Shown here in pieces: positions 56,839 to 64,000 of a DNA stretch of 64,000 nucleotides (position 1 is its first letter; every line of letters starts with the position of its first letter). Position numbers and translations under genes: made by a program. Location of the stretch: positions 56,978,001 through 57,042,000 of the forward strand of contig OZ024745.1 of the NCBI GenBank assembly GCA_964016885.1. The letters are read 5' to 3'. Source of the DNA: Eledone cirrhosa (lineage: Eukaryota). Under the pieces are notes generated by a model, which made no database searches, had not been told where the DNA came from, and saw only the letters and a program-made list of their open reading frames with translations.

Positions 56839-59721
56839 GTAAATTTGTATTCCAATGTTACTAAGTAGTTGCATTGGATGGAGTCAACCGACGTCGGAGA
56901 TTGCTCAACGTATAATAAAGTGTGTTTTAAAATCCGGAGAAAATATGGAGAAGAAGTTTATGAAACGGAAATGCGGGTATACAGAATTTATTAGGTAACA
57001 ATTGTTTCTATAGTGTATGGGTTACCTATACCTGGCTATTTGAATAATATAAAAATATTATCATACACCGATGGTACACTGCAAGCAAACACACCATGTC
57101 GTCAGACCTTTGTATTGGAATGATATGAAAATATTTTATACACTAGATAAAGAGAAAGAAGGAGGTAGGAAGAGAAGGGGAAGAGGGAAGTGAGTAAGGG
57201 GGAGGGAGTCCTAGGATTTAAGACTGTCAGACTAGTAGAGATTGTAGGAGAGAATGTTTTGGCAGCAGTTAGCTTAAAATAATTTTATACGTAAGGAATT
57301 ACATAGGAAGTACAAAAAAACAAACGCAACTACACTAACCAACATTAATAACGCAGCATGTGATATTGTTTAGAAACTGAAAATCGACGACAGAACGGTA
57401 CCCCTATCTCCAGCTACACCGAATTTTAATCTGAAGGACCATAAGGATAACTTCGATACTAACCCTAAAATTAGATTAATATGTCCTTCAAAGTCCGATA
57501 TAGGTAGAATCAGTAAGTACATATTAGATCGTATTATCCCCCAAGTTAAGGCTAAGGTAGATATTAAATTATGGGGTAATACTCAACAGACAATAAGATG
57601 GTTCAATAACATTAGTGACAAAAACAAATCTTCTTTTATTCAATTCGATATAGATGAATACTATTCCTCTATTTCAACCGAAACCCTGCATAAGGCCCCC
57701 TCATTCGCTAAGACTAACTCGGACCTCACAAACGAGGAAATTAATATTATACTTGAAGCTAGACGCACAGTAGTGCATTTTGAAAATAGTTATTGGGTCT
57801 GCAGAGATAGGCCCTCGGAATTCGACATTACGATGGGTTCTAATGATTCGGCGGAGGTCACGGATCTGGTTGGGATCTATATAGCCCACAGACTCCAGAG
57901 CGAATTTACGGACCTCCACGGCGGAATATAACGCGACGATACACTTCTATTAGTCAAGACTATGAACAAACAAAACCTAGAAAGGCGACGTAAACATATT
58001 AGGAAACTTTTCTTAGAACTAGGGCTTAATATTACCTTCGAACACAATCTTAAGGTGGTCAACTTCTTGGATGTCACCTTCAACCTTAATAACGGTAATA
58101 TAGAGCCATTTCACAAACTTAATGAAAATCTCAAGTACGTTAATTTAAAATCGAACCATCCCCATTCCATTATTAAATCTATCCCTAAAAATATATCCAT
58201 AAGGATCTCCCGACTGTCGTCTAATTTGCAGACCGTCAACGAGCATGCTGAATATTATAATGACGCACTTAGAAAAGCTGGTTACTGCGAGAAAATAGAA
58301 TATCTAGACGATAACCACATAAGTACTATGAATAAAACACATCTAAGTCGAACTAGTATTGCACCACACACACACATCAATAGGCATATTAATAGGTGCA
58401 AACCAGCAAATAGAGTCAGACGTAGAGAGTACATATGGTATAACCCCGTGTACAATATTTCTATTAGCACTAAGATTATCTCACAATTCTATACACTAAT
58501 CAATAAACACTTTACAACTTCACATAAATACTATAAAATCTTTAACTCGCGCACCATTAGACTCTCATACTCCACTGCACCTAACATAGAACAAGTAATT
58601 AAAAAACTCAACTCAGCAATACTAAATAAGTACATCCCTAATGACTCAGCGCACCAGCATAGCAACATACAACGCACTAACACGCAACTACAACCCCACC
58701 AAACTATCCAGGATACTACTGCAAAACATAAAAATAATTGCAACTGCACCAAACCAGGTACGTGCCCACTGAATAACCAGTGCCTAGCACGCAATATTGT
58801 CTCCCGATGTACAATAAATTCCGGAACCAACAAATTGTATTACGTCGGATGTACCGCAACTTCTTTCAAAGCTCGCCTATACCAACATCGATCTTCGATC
58901 CGGCACGAGAAAATGCGCTCCGTAACAACCCTCGCCGATAAAGCCTGGCAGCTCCGGAGGAACAATCAAACATTCTCCCTTGATTGGCAAATTATTGCAA
59001 ACTTCGCCTGCATATGAGCAAAATCAGCGATTCTGTAAATTATGCAATATGGAGATATACTGCATTTTAACGTCGGTAAACAAACTTTTGAACTGCAAAA
59101 TTGAACGTTCACTGTACTGTAACCATCGTTTGAAAACGACTTTTTCTTTTTTTAAATGCATGTAATGTTACCATTTTACACCACCGTTTGCAAATTTCTG
59201 TTTTATATGTTTATACACAAGATATGGCTTTCTATAATAATAGTACTAAACACTGTTTCTGGATCCCTTTAGAAATAACCTGCTACTATAATAGCCCCAA
59301 TAACTTGTCTGTAACGCTGTACCACTTTGACCCCTTTAACTAAATTTTGTCCAAACAACACCACTAGAAGAATTTACAACCCCCGCCAACCCTAACACGC
59401 CTCATTAAGCTAACTGCTGCCAAAACATTCTCTCCTACAATCTCTACTAGTCTGACAGTCTTAAATCCTAGGACCCCCTCCCCATTACTCACTTCCCTCT
59501 TCCCCTTCTCTTCCTACCTCCTTCTTTCCTTTTTATCTAGTGTATAAAATATTTTCATATCATTCCAATACAAAGGTCTGACGACATGGTGCAGTGTACC
59601 TTCGGTTTATGATAATATTTTTATATTATTTAAATAGCCAGGTGTAGGTAACCCATACACTATAGAAACAATTGTTACCTAATAAATTCTTTATACCGGC
59701 ATTTCTGTTTCATAAACTTGT

Positions 59722-59724
<3 letters not shown>
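56834..59724 (+). mobile_element. Penelope-like retroelement, Nematis-type, 5'-truncated with inverted pLTR
   Basis: ~56947-57277 is the reverse complement of ~59405-59724. A ~110-nt tail abuts (TA)n on the left and (CT)n(TA)n flanks the right. Confidence 0.88.
57290..59165 (+). pseudogene. Disrupted PLE RT + GIY-YIG ORF
   Basis: LKDHKDNF, QFDIDEYYSSI, MGSNDSAEV, GI*RDD (stop at 57929 replaces the Y of YRDD), NFLDVTF, WYNP, CNC..CPL..C, YYVGCT and CKLC. Stops and a frameshift near 59000. Confidence 0.9.
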
Positions 59725-59756
<32 letters not shown>

Positions 59757-60316
59757 GTGTGTAGGTGGGCTGGTGTGTGTGTATGCGGCTGTGTGTGGGT
59801 GGGCTGCTGTGTAAGTATGCTGCTGTGTGTGTCTATAAATTGTATAATCATTACATAAATTCCATCTTATTGCCACTTCATTGTATATGTTGTCTCTACT
59901 TGTTTTACGTGAAGTCTTGTCGGTACATGGCAGACTTTTGGAATCGTCTAATCAGGCTGAATCTTTCCGCCTCTGCTTCTATCTGCTACGCTAACACTAT
60001 CCCAATACGCGTCTAATGTCAAGTTCCAGTCTCCCACTAACTGGATGAGGCATTCATACAACCACATTTCAGATTGCGTTTGTGACCGGAAATTGTGATA
60101 AGAAAAGAAGACTTCTTTCCACCCCTGTGCTGTGAGAGGTTGGGTGGTTCAACCGCCATAATTGGTTGGGTTCCTCTGGGCACCTCTTTTAACCTACTGG
60201 TATCTTTTAAATTAAAGGTTCCCTAATCGTACGCGAAGCTCTCTTTAATGCCTTTATACGCCTCTATAGACATGCACTCTCTCTCTATATATATATGTGT
60301 GTGTGTATGTGTGTAC

Positions 60317-60450
<134 letters not shown>

Positions 60451-61524
60451 TATATAATCATAGTTTAACTTATGCTAATGTAAGAGAGCTTTGCATGTAT
60501 CTTGTCCATAAATCCGTTTCTGATTTGATATTTTTAGTGATCTTTTCATTGAGATGTCCTGTGTATATACGTAAACTCTAATATAACGCTCGATTAAGAA
60601 ACTGAGATTAGAGAAATAAATCAAATACAGAATTGCAGATGCTTAGGAATCCATGTACTAAACGGATTTCAACACACGCAGATGAAAGAATATATTAGAA
60701 AGGAATAATATAGAAGGATAATATTGCTACTTGTAAAGAATAAGTTAAAAGACATCAATACGCTAGTGGTCCCAGCACTAAAATAACAAGCAAGACTAGA
60801 CAGAAATACAAGATAATGACTTCATTTAGAATAGATCACCCCAAATCAATTGTATGAATTTTATATGTAACATATAACAACCTTATTCAAATAGAAAAAT
60901 ATTATAATATAACTTCTGTTGGATTACAAACATATTTTATGAAAAATAAAGGAAAGTTAATATGAAACATTCAGTAAAGAAAACAAAAATATTTTCTATA
61001 TTCAAGGTAGCCAACATATCCGAAACAGATTCTGGAATGATAGATAATGCTTAGGAATATGAAAACACAGAAGAAATAAGTAATTGAATCTTTTTAAGAA
61101 TCTCCATGGTACCTAATACAAAACTTGGCATCTTGGACATAGAGTTTTGATAAAAATAAATCGATGTAGTGACACACATGATTTGCTGAAGATCGTGTTC
61201 CTGTAATATTTGGCCACAGTTTGAGAGTAGCTGGCCTCAGTATTTCTATGTATTTATGTGTAATTTTTTATAGACTACTGTATTTTCGAGCTGATGTATG
61301 TATGTATGTATGTTCTTCTGGTTTTATAATTTCATAAATTTTTGCCAATATGGGTGTAAGTCTGTATGTGTGTATGTATGTATGTATGTGTGTATGTATG
61401 TGTGGATGTATGTCAACGGCCATCCAAAAGTGTGTAAATATGTATATACACATGTACATATGTACGTATATGTATATATATATATGTGCATATATACATG
61501 GGTGCATGTGTATGCATATGCGCG

Positions 61525-61872
61525 GAGACATAGAAATAGTGGGGCTGGAGAACCGATCACGTGGTTAAACCACTGGGAGTGAAGGAACCCTAGCCTTTGC
61601 CAGGGCATTCTTCTATGAGAAGGCAACTCAGGAATCTGGGATAACTCCGATTTAAAACCTGCGGCTCAGTAGTTACCGATGATGTTGATCTTTTCTTCTT
61701 TTCGGGTTATAGTTACAGTCGCTCAGAGAGTGGGATAAGCTCAGTGCACAGTCTTTCCTCACTTTATAAAATATCTTCACGCACAGGCATTGCATGATAG
61801 CATTAATTAATAATTATCAATAATGTTATATCGTGCAATGGCCATACTCGATAACGAGGGGGCAGCCATCAT
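61525..61872 (+). mobile_element. Related RTE-derived non-autonomous element
   Basis: Shares the gatgttga..ttcttctt..agagagtggga..cacaggcattgc block and the ggccatactcga..ggcagccatcat 3' end, followed by (GTAT)n. Confidence 0.55.
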
Positions 61873-63159
61873 GTATGTATGTATCTATGTGTGTATGTAT
61901 GTATACATGTATGTATGATTTGCTCTGATGATCTGGGCTTGTCTCAAAGTATACGGACAGTATATTGTCGGTGATATTGCAGTTAATGCCTATACCATGT
62001 TTTGAATCATGTCTGTTTATTTGACATTTTATTATATTCTATTAATATTATTTTATTCTTGTTTTTGATTGAAATAACAAATTCGTGAAACAGGTTTGTC
62101 TTCTTCTTCTAATGATTGTACTAAATAGATTCTGATGGGAAACGAAAATTAAAAACGAAGATATCTGAAATTTTACATAAGAACTTTATGTTAAATCTAA
62201 CTGTTAACACATACGAAATTTCATACTCAAGCACGAGGCAACATTGAAAGAAAAAGAAGAAGATAATGAGAGAAAGATTGGAAAATATTTAAATTTATTT
62301 TAATTTCATCGATTTAGGTTATGGAGAGAAAAACTTGATTATACTTGTTGTAAAAAAATACTTTTAATTCATTTTGGTTTAATTTGTAGTTTTTGGTGCA
62401 ATACAGATTGAAACAATTTTACTACCTTGGGGTTGAAATCGCTACGGTAGTTGCAAAAAACTCGTATGTATCCGCCATACAAAAACATGAAAATACTGTA
62501 AATGTCTGGACCCCATATTAACAGTTCAAAACTTTGTACCAGTGTGTGAAGTCATAAAACAACTTGAACTTCAAAAACGAGGTCTTCAAAATTACTTCCC
62601 TTCAACATGGAAATACAAAGGCCCGGATACAGTCTCCATGGACAGACGTACTGTACCTGCATTAATTCTGAAAATACATATTGAACTGTATGAGACATTT
62701 CTCTTTCTTCCCCCACGATTTGAGCTGCATAACAAACAAATCTAACATTCTGAAAAACAAGAACATACACATACAACCATGCACACAAAGCCCATTTACA
62801 CCAGTTCATATTTATTTCGAATTACTTTTCTTCCAATCTAACAATTCGCCATTAGTGAGTATAGACTGTGGGTGTCATCAGAATAATAATGTAGTTCACG
62901 GATTACTTAAGATAAAATTAATATTACTTTGCTGAAGATCTTTATATTCAAATTCTTTTTAGAAAAGCTGTTGATACAAATGACACAATTTTTTAAATGT
63001 AAATTCTAAAACACAAATAACAATAAATTTCTTTCAGACTACAATGTTTTGAAATGTATTTCTAACTGTAAACTTTTGTCGAGATACTTTGATGGGTCAT
63101 ATATATATATTATCTATTCTGATAATTTTCTTGAGTGACATGTATCGGAATTTTAATTA

Positions 63160-63241
63160 AACTCTGATGACACCCACGGTCAATACGCACCAATGGCGAA
63201 TGTTATATGTAGCAAAACCCGAGTAGAAACAATTGTCAGTT
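63160..63241 (+). ncRNA. Candidate hammerhead ribozyme with long stem II region
   Basis: AACT-CTGATGA-(55 nt)-GAAA-CAATTG-TC-AGTT with a GUC triplet. Stem II pairing is weak. Inverted partial copy at ~62845-62884. Confidence 0.5.
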
Positions 63242-63376
63242 AATAAATGCCTTAAACCTTGAATTCATTGGTTTGTAAACAAACTGTAGCTATATAACAG
63301 CTCTGCATGATCATATCATTGCATTGAGCTAAACAACACCTAGTAAATGCGTAGAATTTACTCTCATTAATATAAC

Positions 63377-63414
<38 letters not shown>

Positions 63415-63764
63415 GGTGTGGGATGCTTAAAGCGTCCGTATGCGGTAGGCCGTTTGAGAACTCGATGCTTTTACAGTGCAGAGTATAATATCACATAAGA
63501 AACGGAGATCAGTGGTGCGATGAAAACAAATTTATTAGACATATTACAATCGTTTCTATGGCGACCAGCTCGAGGCACGATCGATGCAATGATAGAACCT
63601 GACTCTGAAATCGCAAGGTCCTCAGATACGTCTCGATACTTCGAATACCTTTATTTCTATTTGCAAAAAATAACTGTTTTATGTTTTCCCTTTCAAAAAA
63701 TTGTTTTTCGTTTGGCCTTATTTTCGTTCATTGTCTCGTTTTCTCTTTATAAAATTCTCTAAGG

Positions 63765-63818
<54 letters not shown>

Positions 63819-64000
63819 ATATATATACGCATATATATATATACATGTATATTAGGGTAAACATTGATGCAATTCAATTCAAGCACTCAAAGTACTTTTT
63901 CCACATAGGAGTGACGGAGTAAATATCGAATAAGTAAAACCGAAGTAGTTTCGGATGTTCAAGTCCTTTAATTATTATTAAAGGACTTGAACATCTGAAA

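Noticed and set aside
57929-57931. Programmed recoding (selenocysteine or readthrough) in the Nematis ORF
   Set aside because: The stop is TAA at the Tyr of YRDD and comes with another stop and a frameshift, which indicates ordinary decay.

Overview
AT-rich eukaryotic (metazoan) DNA saturated with (TA)n, (CA)n, (CT)n and (TAG)n microsatellites. The repeat content suggests a coleoid cephalopod such as Octopus (inference). Almost all ORF-track entries are microsatellite artefacts. Five things are supported. (1) An apparently intact Penelope-like retroelement (PLE, Neptune-type; 1243-aa RT + GIY-YIG ORF, minus strand, ~50.9-55.8 kb) with direct and inverted pseudo-LTRs (pLTRs) carrying hammerhead ribozymes (HHRs). 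(2) A 5'-truncated, disrupted Nematis-type PLE (~56.8-59.7 kb). (3) A dense population of short non-coding fold-back elements from more than ten unrelated families. Most share one architecture: inserted in (TA)n, an asymmetric palindrome with one arm extended by a tail, and often a whole or partial HHR. (4) RTE and CR1-like LINE remnants, RTE-derived non-autonomous elements, tRNA-derived SINEs, a decayed mariner and non-autonomous Helitrons. (5) A candidate five-exon host gene on the minus strand (18464 to 182) that splices in phase into a 203-aa protein I cannot assign to a family. All folds, alignments and splice models were made by eye, so boundaries are approximate.
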